Shown in pieces: positions 19,540-29,599 of a DNA stretch of 64,000 nucleotides. How positions within the stretch are numbered: position 1 is the stretch's first letter; each line of letters starts with the position of its first letter. A model generated the notes under the pieces. It was not told where the DNA came from, searched no databases, and saw nothing but the letters and a program-made list of their open reading frames with translations. Source of the DNA: Candidatus Poribacteria bacterium (GTDB taxonomy: Bacteria; Poribacteria; WGA-4E; PCPOR2b); contig OZ220744.1 in the NCBI GenBank assembly GCA_965116925.1, positions 4,288,001 to 4,352,000 of the forward strand, read 5' to 3'. Position numbers and translations under genes: made by a program.

Positions 19540-21368
19540 GCGACTCACTCCATACACTCGATTACACCGTCATTGTCCTCTACTTCGCAGCGATTGTGGC
19601 TTGTGGTATCTACTTCGGACGATATACGAAATCCACGGCGGACTTCTTCTTCGGTGGACAACGCTTTGTCTGGTGGTTGGTCGCCGCGTCATGTATTGCT
19701 ACTCTTGTCGGTTCCTACAGTTTTATCAACTACTCCGATCTTGGCTACGACAGCGGGCTTGCCAGTATGACGTACTACACGAACGACTGGTTCATCATGC
19801 CGCTGTTCCTGCTCGGCTGGTTCCCGATTATCTATTTTAACCGCATAAGCACCATCCCTGAGTATTTTGAACGTCGGTTCGATCGACGCACGCGATTCAT
19901 GGTACTCATCCTGATCGTGCTGTATCTTGTCGGCTACATCGGCATGAACCTACAGACGATCGCTGTCGTTCTGAACCGTGTCATAGGGATGCCCATAATG
20001 GTGGGTGCTGTGATAGTGGCAATCATTTCGCTTGCCTATATGCACAGCGGGGGACAGATGTCGGTGCTCATGACGGATCTGTTCCAGAGCATGATCCTGC
20101 TTGTCGCCGGTATCGGTATCTTCGTGCTCGGCATCAATCACGTTGGTGGCTGGGACGCGTTTTGGAATGGACTGCCGGCGACGCATAAAGTTCCATTCCC
20201 TCAATTCAACGAGCCCGCAAACTTTCACTTCATCGGCACGTTCTGGGGCGACGCGCTTTCAGGCACCGTCGCTTTCTTTTTTATTAATCAGGGCATCATC
20301 CTGCGTTTCCTGTCGGTCAAGTCCGTCCACGATGGTCGCAAAGCCATGATTGTTATGGTGCTTGTCCTGATGCCTATCGCAGCGATCGTTGTCAGCAATG
20401 GGGGGTGGGTCGGCAAAGCGATGGATACTTACGGTTGGCCCGAAGCACCCGAAAAGGCGAAGAGCGTTTTTGTAATGGTGATGAAAGTCATCACCCAGCC
20501 GGGGGTGTTTGGTCTGGTTATCGCTGCGCTGTTGGCAGCGTTGATGTCCACACTCGATACGCTCATTAACGCCGTCTCTGCCGTAGGCGTTAATGACATC
20601 TGGAAGACTGTTGTGCCGGGAAAAGACGACAAATACTATCTCCATGCCGCTCGCTTGGCAGCCGTTGGCGCGACACTTTTGGGGTTGGTGCTCGTTCCCA
20701 TCTTTGAACTGGATGATCAGATCTATACGGCGCATTCAAAGTTTTTCACAACGATATTGCCATCGCTGATTGTGGTCCTGCTGATGGGTGTGCTTTGGTC
20801 CCGTTTCACATCGGCAGCAGCGTTCTGGGCACTGCTCTTGGGATCCCTACTTACCCTCGTCACCCATCACAAATCCCTCTATTTTCTAATTGAACCACTC
20901 GCGCACGGTGTGCCTCCCGATAAGGGATACATCTATATGCGTGGACTGTTTGGTACACTAGTCACAGTAGTACTCGGTGTGGGCATCACGCTCTTTACCA
21001 AACCGCGGCCGAAGTCAGAACTCCCCGGACTCTGTATTGCTACCTTGTCCGAAGGGATGCGGCTGTTTAAGGGCGGCGAACCGAATCGGTCTGAACCGAA
21101 AACTTCCTCACCCCTCCAGTTTCGTACAGATGCGATTGACGCTGACCGTGTGCGGCTGCCGGTTGAGTTGATGGACGAACTTTCTATTCAGGAAGGGGAT
21201 CTCATCTATGTATCGGACGCCCGTCGATGGCTCGGCGGTCTGCGCTCCGTGCATCTGAAAGCCGACGCGCCGCATCAGGAGACTGGTGTCGTCATTCTGA
21301 ACGATGAGGCTGTCGATCGTGCAAACTTCAGTATTGAGCTGCCTGTCACGGTAGAGAAGATACTCTGA
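19536..21368 (+). CDS. Sodium:solute symporter (SSS) with extra soluble C-terminal domain
   Basis: LDY..Y, DFFFGG, TIPEYFERRF, TDLFQ, AALMSTLD. Confidence 0.92.
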   Translation: MSDSLHTLDYTVIVLYFAAIVACGIYFGRYTKSTADFFFGGQRFVWWLVAASCIATLVGSYSFINYSDLGYDSGLASMTYYTNDWFIMPLFLLGWFPIIYFNRISTIPEYFERRFDRRTRFMVLILIVLYLVGYIGMNLQTIAVVLNRVIGMPIMVGAVIVAIISLAYMHSGGQMSVLMTDLFQSMILLVAGIGIFVLGINHVGGWDAFWNGLPATHKVPFPQFNEPANFHFIGTFWGDALSGTVAFFFINQGIILRFLSVKSVHDGRKAMIVMVLVLMPIAAIVVSNGGWVGKAMDTYGWPEAPEKAKSVFVMVMKVITQPGVFGLVIAALLAALMSTLDTLINAVSAVGVNDIWKTVVPGKDDKYYLHAARLAAVGATLLGLVLVPIFELDDQIYTAHSKFFTTILPSLIVVLLMGVLWSRFTSAAAFWALLLGSLLTLVTHHKSLYFLIEPLAHGVPPDKGYIYMRGLFGTLVTVVLGVGITLFTKPRPKSELPGLCIATLSEGMRLFKGGEPNRSEPKTSSPLQFRTDAIDADRVRLPVELMDELSIQEGDLIYVSDARRWLGGLRSVHLKADAPHQETGVVILNDEAVDRANFSIELPVTVEKIL

Positions 21369-21389
21369 GAGGCTTCCAGTGTCTGCCGA

Positions 21390-23318
21390 TCAGAACAGAA
21401 ATCGGTATGTCGGTACATTCCAGATAGCACCGCGTAGCGACCAGAATCCACCGACGACAAACTCACCCAAAATCAATCCCAGAAACAGCGGAATCGCCTT
21501 TTGATGTGTTTTGACGCCACCTAACTTTAACAGAATTAGTTTCAACAACCAGCTCACGAAAATCGATCCCCAGAACACGTTCATTGACCAACTGCTGGAG
21601 ACCGCAAATCCCGCCGGATGGAACACCCACCAGATAAAGCGCATCCGCATCACCATTAGAAACAGCGTCGTGGCCATACCGAAAATCAGTCCACCCATTG
21701 CGCCGTAGTCCGGAGACAGTGGGTGATACAGCCACGACTGTAATTTATTGAACGGTCGCCAAGCATACCCAATAGCGCCGGAATATCTATAGCCATCGCT
21801 GAGATAAGCCCAAAACGCCACAGGTCCTGTTAGCGCGATTGCTACAATCATCCCCCACAGCAGGCGTCGGTGGCTTGACCGTGACCGCTCCATCAGTTTG
21901 AATCCTTCGAGTTGGTGAGGCATCACATGCCCACGATAGGCACGGTTAAAGAAGTGGAAAAGCCCGTACATGGTCAGTTCGTTTGAGCTGAGGACGCGAG
22001 TTCCTAGCGCTTTGACCAATGTTGTATCCGGTCCTGAGAAATGCAGATCGTGGACCGGGGATCCTAACTCCGCGCGCATCCGTGTAATCGCTGTTGAGAT
22101 AGCGTAGTAGATGAGAAAAAAGAGGAAGCTACTCCACAGCGCCATCCCTACCTGCTGACAGAAAAAGAGCAGTGTCCCAAAGACAAGAATCAGTCCGATC
22201 AGTGCAGCCCGATAGCTCATCGGTTCGTCCACTGATTCCCCACGCCTGCCTCTAATCGCAGCAGAAACGACCCGCTTCAGGTGGTGCCGTGTCATCCAGA
22301 GCGCGATCAGAAATAGCCCCAAGTACGCCCCTGTGGTCTGCTGTTCGATATAGGGAAATTCTGGGATGGAGTGCAAGCCGAGGAGGTTTGCGAGGATCCG
22401 CTCTCCTTTCCAGAACAGATAGAAGAACCAGCAAGCGAATGAGAGATCCAGCGGGATTAAGAACGCAAGTCCAACCGCATAGGGAAAAACGGCAACCGGG
22501 GTCCAACCTATCGCATTCCACGGTTTATTTGTGAAAAAGGGCCGGAGGTCGTAAAGCCGCCCACCGAGACCGGGAATAATTGGAGACAGGAAATGAAGCC
22601 CGTTGAGAATATCAAGTCCCGCGCCCAATCCAAACCCAATCCACATCATTCGATTGGAAAGGAGAGAGGAGCGTCCATCGGTCATCTGAAGTGGGAGTTG
22701 AATGATGGGATAACTCAGTTTTTCCGCCTCTGTCCACGGTCTGCGTACCAAGACATTGATGCAGAGCATCCCAAACACCAGTAGAAAAATGAATCCAGAC
22801 CAGAGGAGGATGGGGAATAGCCATGCCTGTACAACTTGAGGCAGATAGAAACTGGACTCACCTTCGGCGAAGCCTTTTAGAATTTCCTTGTCTTGAACAG
22901 CGAGCCAAGGGGGGATAAACCGCCAGAAGAGTTCCGCCCATTCGTTCTCCGGACGGGCATACCAGAACGGTCCCACTAGGACTGCCATTAGCACCCGCAT
23001 CATGTCGAGTCCCGCAATCCCAGAGGAGATCGACAGCATCACATAGACAATCAGCAGCTCGCCTTGATTCAATGCGGAGTTGGGGGCAAGCTGCTTGAAC
23101 AGCAGATTCAGCAGGAGCAGTATGAATAGGATAAAAATGATGTTGAAAAAGAGGGAGACAGTCGTTGAGGTCGCTTCGCCGGAAGCGATCCAATAGGCGT
23201 TGGCAGGGAGAAGCAACGTGCCGATAAACACTGCCCGCCATCGTGTTCGGTTCACAGGTTGGGAATCGCTGTTTGAAGACGGAGGGATTAGCTCATCGCG
23301 TTTTGCGTTTTTAAGCAT
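21390..23318 (-). CDS. Polytopic membrane protein, putative peptide transporter (DUF6785/DUF6784-like)
   Basis: ELLIVYVM, W..EKLSYPI..LP, RMRAELG.P, WWVFHPAGF, GLILGEF; many TM segments. Confidence 0.65.
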   Translation of the reverse strand: MLKNAKRDELIPPSSNSDSQPVNRTRWRAVFIGTLLLPANAYWIASGEATSTTVSLFFNIIFILFILLLLNLLFKQLAPNSALNQGELLIVYVMLSISSGIAGLDMMRVLMAVLVGPFWYARPENEWAELFWRFIPPWLAVQDKEILKGFAEGESSFYLPQVVQAWLFPILLWSGFIFLLVFGMLCINVLVRRPWTEAEKLSYPIIQLPLQMTDGRSSLLSNRMMWIGFGLGAGLDILNGLHFLSPIIPGLGGRLYDLRPFFTNKPWNAIGWTPVAVFPYAVGLAFLIPLDLSFACWFFYLFWKGERILANLLGLHSIPEFPYIEQQTTGAYLGLFLIALWMTRHHLKRVVSAAIRGRRGESVDEPMSYRAALIGLILVFGTLLFFCQQVGMALWSSFLFFLIYYAISTAITRMRAELGSPVHDLHFSGPDTTLVKALGTRVLSSNELTMYGLFHFFNRAYRGHVMPHQLEGFKLMERSRSSHRRLLWGMIVAIALTGPVAFWAYLSDGYRYSGAIGYAWRPFNKLQSWLYHPLSPDYGAMGGLIFGMATTLFLMVMRMRFIWWVFHPAGFAVSSSWSMNVFWGSIFVSWLLKLILLKLGGVKTHQKAIPLFLGLILGEFVVGGFWSLRGAIWNVPTYRFLF

Positions 23319-23352
23319 TCATACCTCTATTGCTAGTTTCCCGACGTAAATC

Positions 23353-23573
23353 TGTAGTAGATTTTAGAATTAATGGGACACGCCAAACCGGTGCGATTAC
23401 ATGAAAATTAAAAAAACAGTTCGGTAATTTGCTAGCGACACCGGCGCGGTTGAAAACCGCGCCTACCGTATGTTTCGAGGAAAATCGGGATTACCGATTT
23501 AAATACTTAAACTTCATAAAACCGCACCTACCGGGGGAGCGCAAGTGTTTCTTTATTTTTTGAATTCACTATA
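23353..23573. mobile_element. TA-flanked MITE, long nested form
   Basis: Ends tgtagtagattttagaattaat / ttattttttgaattcactata. Confidence 0.8.
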
Positions 23574-23600
23574 AATCCATTTTAACCACACGAGGTTGAC

Positions 23601-25130
23601 TCAAGTTTGCTTCTGATTTTGAATCCAACCCCAGAACAGATTGTCGCGCTGGTTGCCCGCAGTCAGATACTCGGCTTTCAAACGTGAAAGTTCATCGTCC
23701 TTATAGTTTACAATCGGTTGACCGTTGCTATCCAGTTCAATGCCGTACTGACCGGCGGCGTTAATACCGAAGATGGCATTTTTCACGGGACCATCGGCGG
23801 GTCCCAACGGCTCCAAATCGTATTTGTCTTGCAGGTCTGTCGGGATTTCGATGCGGCGTAGTGCCTCGATCTGCCATTGCGGTGAGCCTGCCCAGATCGA
23901 ATCGGTGCCCCACAGCACACGACTCGCGCCTAAGCCCTTAATCAGTATCCCCAACATTGCCGCTGCGATCCTCGGATGCGTAATCGCCAACGCACCGAAG
24001 GAGAGACCGATGTCGGCGTACACATTCGACACCCCATATTTTTCGGGAATGGCAGCCATCTCGTCAATCCACGGCAGTCGCCCAGTCCCTTCAAAAGTTT
24101 CGCTCACCCCGCGGGCGTCGCGCCACATCTTCAAGCCAGCGTGATAAATGTGAAAATTCAGTTGGGGCCAATCTTGGGCAGCCTTCCCAAGATCATCCAA
24201 CGTCGCATAGTGCCAGTTTGGGATGCTCTCGTAGTCGATAGGCAGCACCCCCTTGTGGACGCAGATATTTCGGACGCCGTACTTGTGGGCTTTTTCGTAG
24301 GTCGGGTAGGTCAAATCTTCATCGTCCATGCGCCACGGTTTATCAAAGGTAGGTTCAGCACCCAGAACGTCGCCAATGGTGTAGCCCTTCCACGAATCCA
24401 CCTTGAGTTCTGTGGCAGCGCGGTCCATCGCCTCCAGATACTCTGGAACGCTGGGCCAAATCACGCCGTGCGCTAGCACCCGTCGTGTGCCGGACAGTTG
24501 ATTGACCAGATTGCGTGTGGCTACCATCTGATCATCAGACAGAAGTATCTTGTATGGATCGACAGACGGAGATGTACTGAGCAGCGCAATGGTTGTGTCG
24601 CTGTCGAAGAACATGTCCTTCAGGTAGTAATCGAACTTGTAATATTTCAGATCGAGTTCCTGCTCGACCAATTCCGGATTCCAAGGCATCTTGGATTGGT
24701 TGTTGCCGCGGGCAGCGTCCCGTATCCAGAGTTGACCTTCCCAACTGTAGTCATCGTGAACGTGGTGCGTATGAACGTCGAAGATAAATTGGTCCTTGGT
24801 CTCGTCTTTCCGTGCACCCGCTGCCTCTGAATCTTCGGCTTCATCGGTATCTACGTTGTAGACTTCACCATGGACCTGATTCATCGCTAGAAATGCGGCA
24901 GCCATACCGCTAGAGGAACGGAGATAGGTTTGGCGTGGGATGCCCTGACGACTAGCATACAGATCTGCCTCCTCCTGAATCAGCGATTCGACCTGTGCCT
25001 GCTGCTGCGTTTGTGGGGGTGGGAAGCATTCGCCGCTAGAGATGACCTGCGTTGGCACAGGGCATTCCACCCGCTTTTGGTATGCGCGCTGTAGGTGCTG
25101 AAGCTGCTGATTGGTGAGCCACATGGACAT
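23601..25130 (-). CDS. Amidohydrolase-family protein (Amidohydro_2)
   Basis: FIFDVHTH, WKGY, CVHKG, YHAG, LWGTDS. Confidence 0.88.
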   Translation of the reverse strand: MSMWLTNQQLQHLQRAYQKRVECPVPTQVISSGECFPPPQTQQQAQVESLIQEEADLYASRQGIPRQTYLRSSSGMAAAFLAMNQVHGEVYNVDTDEAEDSEAAGARKDETKDQFIFDVHTHHVHDDYSWEGQLWIRDAARGNNQSKMPWNPELVEQELDLKYYKFDYYLKDMFFDSDTTIALLSTSPSVDPYKILLSDDQMVATRNLVNQLSGTRRVLAHGVIWPSVPEYLEAMDRAATELKVDSWKGYTIGDVLGAEPTFDKPWRMDDEDLTYPTYEKAHKYGVRNICVHKGVLPIDYESIPNWHYATLDDLGKAAQDWPQLNFHIYHAGLKMWRDARGVSETFEGTGRLPWIDEMAAIPEKYGVSNVYADIGLSFGALAITHPRIAAAMLGILIKGLGASRVLWGTDSIWAGSPQWQIEALRRIEIPTDLQDKYDLEPLGPADGPVKNAIFGINAAGQYGIELDSNGQPIVNYKDDELSRLKAEYLTAGNQRDNLFWGWIQNQKQT

Positions 25131-25189
25131 GGAATTTCTCCGAACGATTTGGCGTGTTTGTTAAGGTGAGATTACTATACTGAAAATCG

Positions 25190-25537
25190 TTAGGTCGAGC
25201 ATACGGGACATCGGATAACCTGTCCATCGTTTGGTTCCGGATGCCGTTCGTTATCCAGTTTTCCGTCGGGTCCCTCTAATTGATGCCACATCGCGCATTG
25301 CTGTCGGAATGCTGCGTCGGTTGATTCAACATATTGAAAGGAAAAGACACGGTAGTCGGAGTCAAGCCAACCTTTCAGCGTCGCTGCGAGGTTGCCGTCC
25401 GTGCGACCGACAAGCGCGCGGTAGTACGCGTATTTTGGTGTCTCTTTGATTCGGCGAAGCAGGAAAACGGCGGGCCCCGTGTTATTGATAACAGCGTCGA
25501 TGACACTATCCGCTAGTTGAAACGGTCCTTCCATCAC
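25190..25537 (-). CDS. Small hypothetical protein, degenerate GIY-YIG-like fold with Cys/His cluster
   Basis: GPAVFLL..LVGRTD..QQCAMWH..LDNERHP..CPVC; GAGG RBS upstream. Confidence 0.55.
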   Translation of the reverse strand: MMEGPFQLADSVIDAVINNTGPAVFLLRRIKETPKYAYYRALVGRTDGNLAATLKGWLDSDYRVFSFQYVESTDAAFRQQCAMWHQLEGPDGKLDNERHPEPNDGQVIRCPVCST

Positions 25538-25583
25538 GGCATCCTCGGAGGGAGTTTGGGACTGAATCTAATGGCTTATGTTA

Positions 25584-25787
25584 ACCTAAGTTGCTAGTTG
25601 TCAAACCGGCTCGACTTGGGAGACATGCCCAAGCCATAACTGCAGCTCTTGTATACACATTGCGCTCCTCTGGAGCGCAGGGATTAACTCTATCGTGGTT
25701 CTATAGACATATCGCTCCTCTGGAGCGAAAGATAGAATTTGATCTTTAACAGAAAACGGATCGATTTTCAACACTAGCAACTTGCGT
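25584..25787. mobile_element. IS982-related MITE, 204 bp
   Basis: TIR acctaagttgctag/ctagcaacttgcgt; 7-bp direct repeat tatgtta; last ~45 bp resemble IS982 end 5225-5268. Confidence 0.8.
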
Positions 25788-25907
25788 TATGTTAAGAGAT
25801 CGTGCGACAGAAACCGGTTGAGTTCATTAGTGCATTGGTTCATTAGTTCATAGGTGCGTGACCAACCAATTGCTTTCACGTTTTACGCATCACGTTTCAG
25901 ATAAGTC

Positions 25908-26735
25908 TTATCCATGAAAAAACTTTATACGCTCCGCTGATTTACCCGTTACTGTATTTGGAGAAAGTGCGCCCTCCCCGAAAACTATCGGAAAGGTATC
26001 GCCCGTAACCACCGAGCGAGTTTCCACATCCATATAGGTCGCACTGAATGCTCGACGCGGTGACGTGGTCGTGTTGACGCCTGAACGGTGCAGCAAAAAG
26101 TTATGTAGCAGAACGGCTTCTCCCGCCTCCGCTTCTAAGTCCATTACATCTTCATCGCGGGTATATTTCGCCTGATCTTCCTCCGACGTGAAGTGCCTTT
26201 CGTTGAGAATCCCCAGATTATTGCTGCCCGGCACAATCTGCATGCAACCGCTGGCGACGGTCGCTGCATCGAAGGTGGTCCACACCGTGATAATGGGATT
26301 GGTATCAATCTTCCAACCGACCCCGATGTCTTGGTGCCACACCAGTTCCGTCCCACGCTCGGCGGGTTTGTTCATGAACATAGATCGAAAAACCGCTACA
26401 TCTTCCCCGATGTAGCGACGGGTGATTTGGCGGATGAGGGGCTTCTGCATATAGGCGAGAAAGAGCGGATCCTGTTCCAGATCGTCAATGCGCCGGTAGT
26501 TCAGGGTTGCTTCTTGGTTCCCTACAGTACGGGTCATATCGCTCCCCGTATACCGAGGGTCAAGTTGAAAACGCATGTTTTCATAGCGGATTTTACCTAG
26601 CATAATATCGTCTATGCGTTGTTGGATGGCAGCCAGTTCGTCGGGCGACAGGAGTTTGCCCAGACGCAGATAGCCCTGCTCCATAAACTGTTCGTGATGT
26701 CGGTCTTCAAACGAGGAAAGCGTTTCCAATTGCAT
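25908..26735 (-). CDS. PhyH-family dioxygenase
   Basis: GYL, KPA..G..WHQD, GCMQIVPGS, LLHRSG.N...RR. Confidence 0.9.
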   Translation of the reverse strand: MQLETLSSFEDRHHEQFMEQGYLRLGKLLSPDELAAIQQRIDDIMLGKIRYENMRFQLDPRYTGSDMTRTVGNQEATLNYRRIDDLEQDPLFLAYMQKPLIRQITRRYIGEDVAVFRSMFMNKPAERGTELVWHQDIGVGWKIDTNPIITVWTTFDAATVASGCMQIVPGSNNLGILNERHFTSEEDQAKYTRDEDVMDLEAEAGEAVLLHNFLLHRSGVNTTTSPRRAFSATYMDVETRSVVTGDTFPIVFGEGALSPNTVTGKSAERIKFFHG

Positions 26736-26755
26736 TATCTTAATCTCCTTCTGTT

Positions 26756-27787
26756 TTATCTTTTATAGCTGAATTTCTTGATAAAGTTCTTGACAGGGTT
26801 TCCATCTGCGAACAACACCCGTCGACTCTGTGTCAGTCCGATCATCGAATATTCTGTATGCGAATCATCCATCCCACCGTGGCGGCAGATGCTTGGTTGA
26901 CCGTGGTGACGCAAAATCCTTTTCATATCCACTAGACTGTAGTCGGATAACTCGGAGAGACTTTGTTCAAGGAAGCCCTGTCTCGCTTTGGCGTTGCACT
27001 TACCGCTTTCGGTGCGACGATCGGCATCTGCAAGCGTTGGCAGCTGGTAGCAGTTGACGCAGTTCATGTGATGTGCATCTGGTTCTGGGTTGCGTACCTG
27101 CATTATTGGGCATGGTGCTTCGATGGAACACATCACGCCAGTCGCATCTACGCAGACGTGGCTGTAGCCTTTGCCGCGGGTTGGGAGTTGGGACAGGCGT
27201 CGAACAAATTCCGATGTTGTCCGGCTCTGAATCAGGCATTCGTAAGCCCAGAGCCGTATCGGGACGAAGTCATCGCTCTGTTGGAAAACGCTTCCAACCG
27301 ACGAGTGTCCTACCGCTACACCTTCGGCGTTCATGGCATCGGTTGTCGCAATCATGCCGCAGAAGGTAAAGTTTACCATAGGAATTGCGTCGTCTCGGTG
27401 GATAACCCGTGCACACGGCGGACGACGTTCATCTTTAGCAAGTCCATCGTTGTTTTTCCCCCAAAGCGGTCCGTCCGATCCGCCGTTAAATACAACGTTC
27501 GTGCATCCCTCATCAACCACTAGTTCATTGGCGTACATCGGGAGATTCAGTTGGAAGATGGTGTCGAGGGGGATGTTGGCACCGGCTGCTATCCCTTCAA
27601 GTTCCGCGAGAACCGCCGGCAGATGGGTTTTCAACGTCTCCAGGAAGCGTGGAAACCGCTGTGCCCATACGGTACTGTCGATGTTTGGCGGGAAGAGAGC
27701 AAGATGTTCGCGGATTTCCTCACGCAACGCTTCGCCGGTGAGATTGCCAATTTCGCGGGGGGAGCCTGAGACTTCAACGACTTTCAT
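26756..27787 (-). CDS. C45-family Ntn hydrolase (isopenicillin-N acyltransferase-like)
   Basis: GSPREIG, ELEGIAAGA, GCT autoprocessing site, GKNND, MNAEG. Confidence 0.82.
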   Translation of the reverse strand: MKVVEVSGSPREIGNLTGEALREEIREHLALFPPNIDSTVWAQRFPRFLETLKTHLPAVLAELEGIAAGANIPLDTIFQLNLPMYANELVVDEGCTNVVFNGGSDGPLWGKNNDGLAKDERRPPCARVIHRDDAIPMVNFTFCGMIATTDAMNAEGVAVGHSSVGSVFQQSDDFVPIRLWAYECLIQSRTTSEFVRRLSQLPTRGKGYSHVCVDATGVMCSIEAPCPIMQVRNPEPDAHHMNCVNCYQLPTLADADRRTESGKCNAKARQGFLEQSLSELSDYSLVDMKRILRHHGQPSICRHGGMDDSHTEYSMIGLTQSRRVLFADGNPVKNFIKKFSYKR

Positions 27788-27843
27788 AGCATTTCCTTAT
27801 GGAGTTTTGGGACTAAAAAATCTTGTCTTCCCCCTGTGATATG

Positions 27844-29316
27844 CTAGTAAGGGGACGGCTGCTGCAGCGCAGAGGGGTATGGACCATATTCCACAATAAG
27901 TTCTACCTCCTCTACCTTGAGCGGGCTGACCAACCCCTGCGCCCTTTTTTCCAGAATGATTTCTAGCAGGTTCTCACCCTGTCTCGGCAGAATGTTCCTT
28001 AGGTGAAATTCCAACCATTGACCGCCGTAAGCGTTGATCTCTGAGCCGTAGGTGCGTAGACAATTCTCGTCCTTGAGGGACTTGTCATTGAGCCGGATAT
28101 CGAGCCTATCGGCGGAGACAAGGTCGGTGATGTTAATCCTGAGACGGATCTGACGTATCCGCTCCTTAGCACCCGCAACATCATCGGCAATATAGAACGG
28201 AATCGGATGCCGCGTCCCGACATCTGAGGCGTTAATATCGACAGGCAGGGGTGTCGGATAGTGGGTTTTATCATCTTTGGCTTCGCGGTTTCGGGCGACC
28301 ATGTAGCACTTGTCCCCCTCTTTCACTAGCTCTGGATCACCAAGTTCGGTCAGCATACTGCGTTCTACCTCCCCTAGGGGCCAACGCATGAACCAAGTAT
28401 ACAAACCATCAACGCCACGCGCCCAGTTGTTCGCCACCGCTGCCCGCATCTGTTCGGGTGTGGGCCATATCCGTTGTGGTGCTCCGGTCATGGCATCGTG
28501 GACATAAGGTTGTAGGATACCGTAGACCGAGGCATCCGCTTGATGTGCTGTCTCAATCAACCAGTCGATGGGTATATCGGGATCGAGAACCATGTAGGCG
28601 TAACGCATCGGAACCGCAAAATCTATTAGACCGCGCTCAAACCACGTCCGCACGTCGAGACCTTGTGCTAGATTCATCTCCTCTGTGGGTAGCACGCGGA
28701 CGCCAAGATCGCACGAATCGCCACGACGGCTTCTGACCATCTCGGCGATCTGCTCGATATATTCTGTCAGGACGGGGATCATGGCGGGAGCGTCCTCGTC
28801 CCGAATGTTAGCGCTGCCTCCCGGAAATGCGAAATCCAACTCCAGTCCTTCGGTAGGATACTCGGTCGCCAGTTCCTCTAGCACGGCGAATTGGCGATCG
28901 CGTACCTCTTGATGCCCCAAACCACGACCACCGTTCTGTAGCCGATGCGCCGGATCCATACCGCCATGAGCGGGCATCCGCAGGCTAGCAATGAAGTCCA
29001 ACCCCTTGTCATGTGATCGGTCAATGAGAACCCGCAATGGATCTAGCCCTCGGTCAATTAGACTCTGCATGTTGTGCCATGTGCGCCAGTACGCAGCCAT
29101 CTCGAAAGGTTGGATGTCTTCCCCAAAGCGCATACCAATTTTGGACGGGTAAAACAACCCATCTCCCCGTTCAACGCCGTAGCAGAAGGTATCCACCGCT
29201 GTGCCGGCGACTTCGTCAACGGGAACCCAAGCGTCCTCCAGCGTCATCGGCGGCTCAAAGACAAACAGGTAGTAGTGACGCGCGTCGTTCATGTAGATGA
29301 TCCGTTTCTTTCGCAT
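27844..29316 (-). CDS. Glycoside hydrolase family 10-like (GHL10) TIM-barrel protein
   Basis: IYMNDA, DPLRVLID..H, ASLRM, EVR, EGLELDF, GLDVRTW, GVDGLY; start chosen behind AAAGGA. Confidence 0.65.
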   Translation of the reverse strand: MRKKRIIYMNDARHYYLFVFEPPMTLEDAWVPVDEVAGTAVDTFCYGVERGDGLFYPSKIGMRFGEDIQPFEMAAYWRTWHNMQSLIDRGLDPLRVLIDRSHDKGLDFIASLRMPAHGGMDPAHRLQNGGRGLGHQEVRDRQFAVLEELATEYPTEGLELDFAFPGGSANIRDEDAPAMIPVLTEYIEQIAEMVRSRRGDSCDLGVRVLPTEEMNLAQGLDVRTWFERGLIDFAVPMRYAYMVLDPDIPIDWLIETAHQADASVYGILQPYVHDAMTGAPQRIWPTPEQMRAAVANNWARGVDGLYTWFMRWPLGEVERSMLTELGDPELVKEGDKCYMVARNREAKDDKTHYPTPLPVDINASDVGTRHPIPFYIADDVAGAKERIRQIRLRINITDLVSADRLDIRLNDKSLKDENCLRTYGSEINAYGGQWLEFHLRNILPRQGENLLEIILEKRAQGLVSPLKVEEVELIVEYGPYPSALQQPSPY

Positions 29317-29599
29317 GGGGAATTTTCCTTTCTTGCAAGGTTCGACTGAATACCTCTCGATCAGTGGACGGTTCTCAATGTTGAAATAAATATCATCGTA
29401 GCAAAATTTTTCCTCAGTGTCAACGGGAAAGCGAGAAATGGCAAACGAGCAGTGGACACTTAAACACTTCCCTGTCAATTGCGTCGAATAACTGTAGTCA
29501 ATAGATATAATATACCTCTTTTTTTTAACCACATTCGCAAAAATGTCCAAGAATCAGTAGGCGATGGGGTAATCCCCATCGGAAAGGAATCTTGTTTAT

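Noticed and set aside
29560..29582. Fluoride riboswitch-like start ggcgatgg
   Set aside because: It forms a simple gatgggg/ccccatc hairpin without the pseudoknot partner, and the downstream gene is unrelated.
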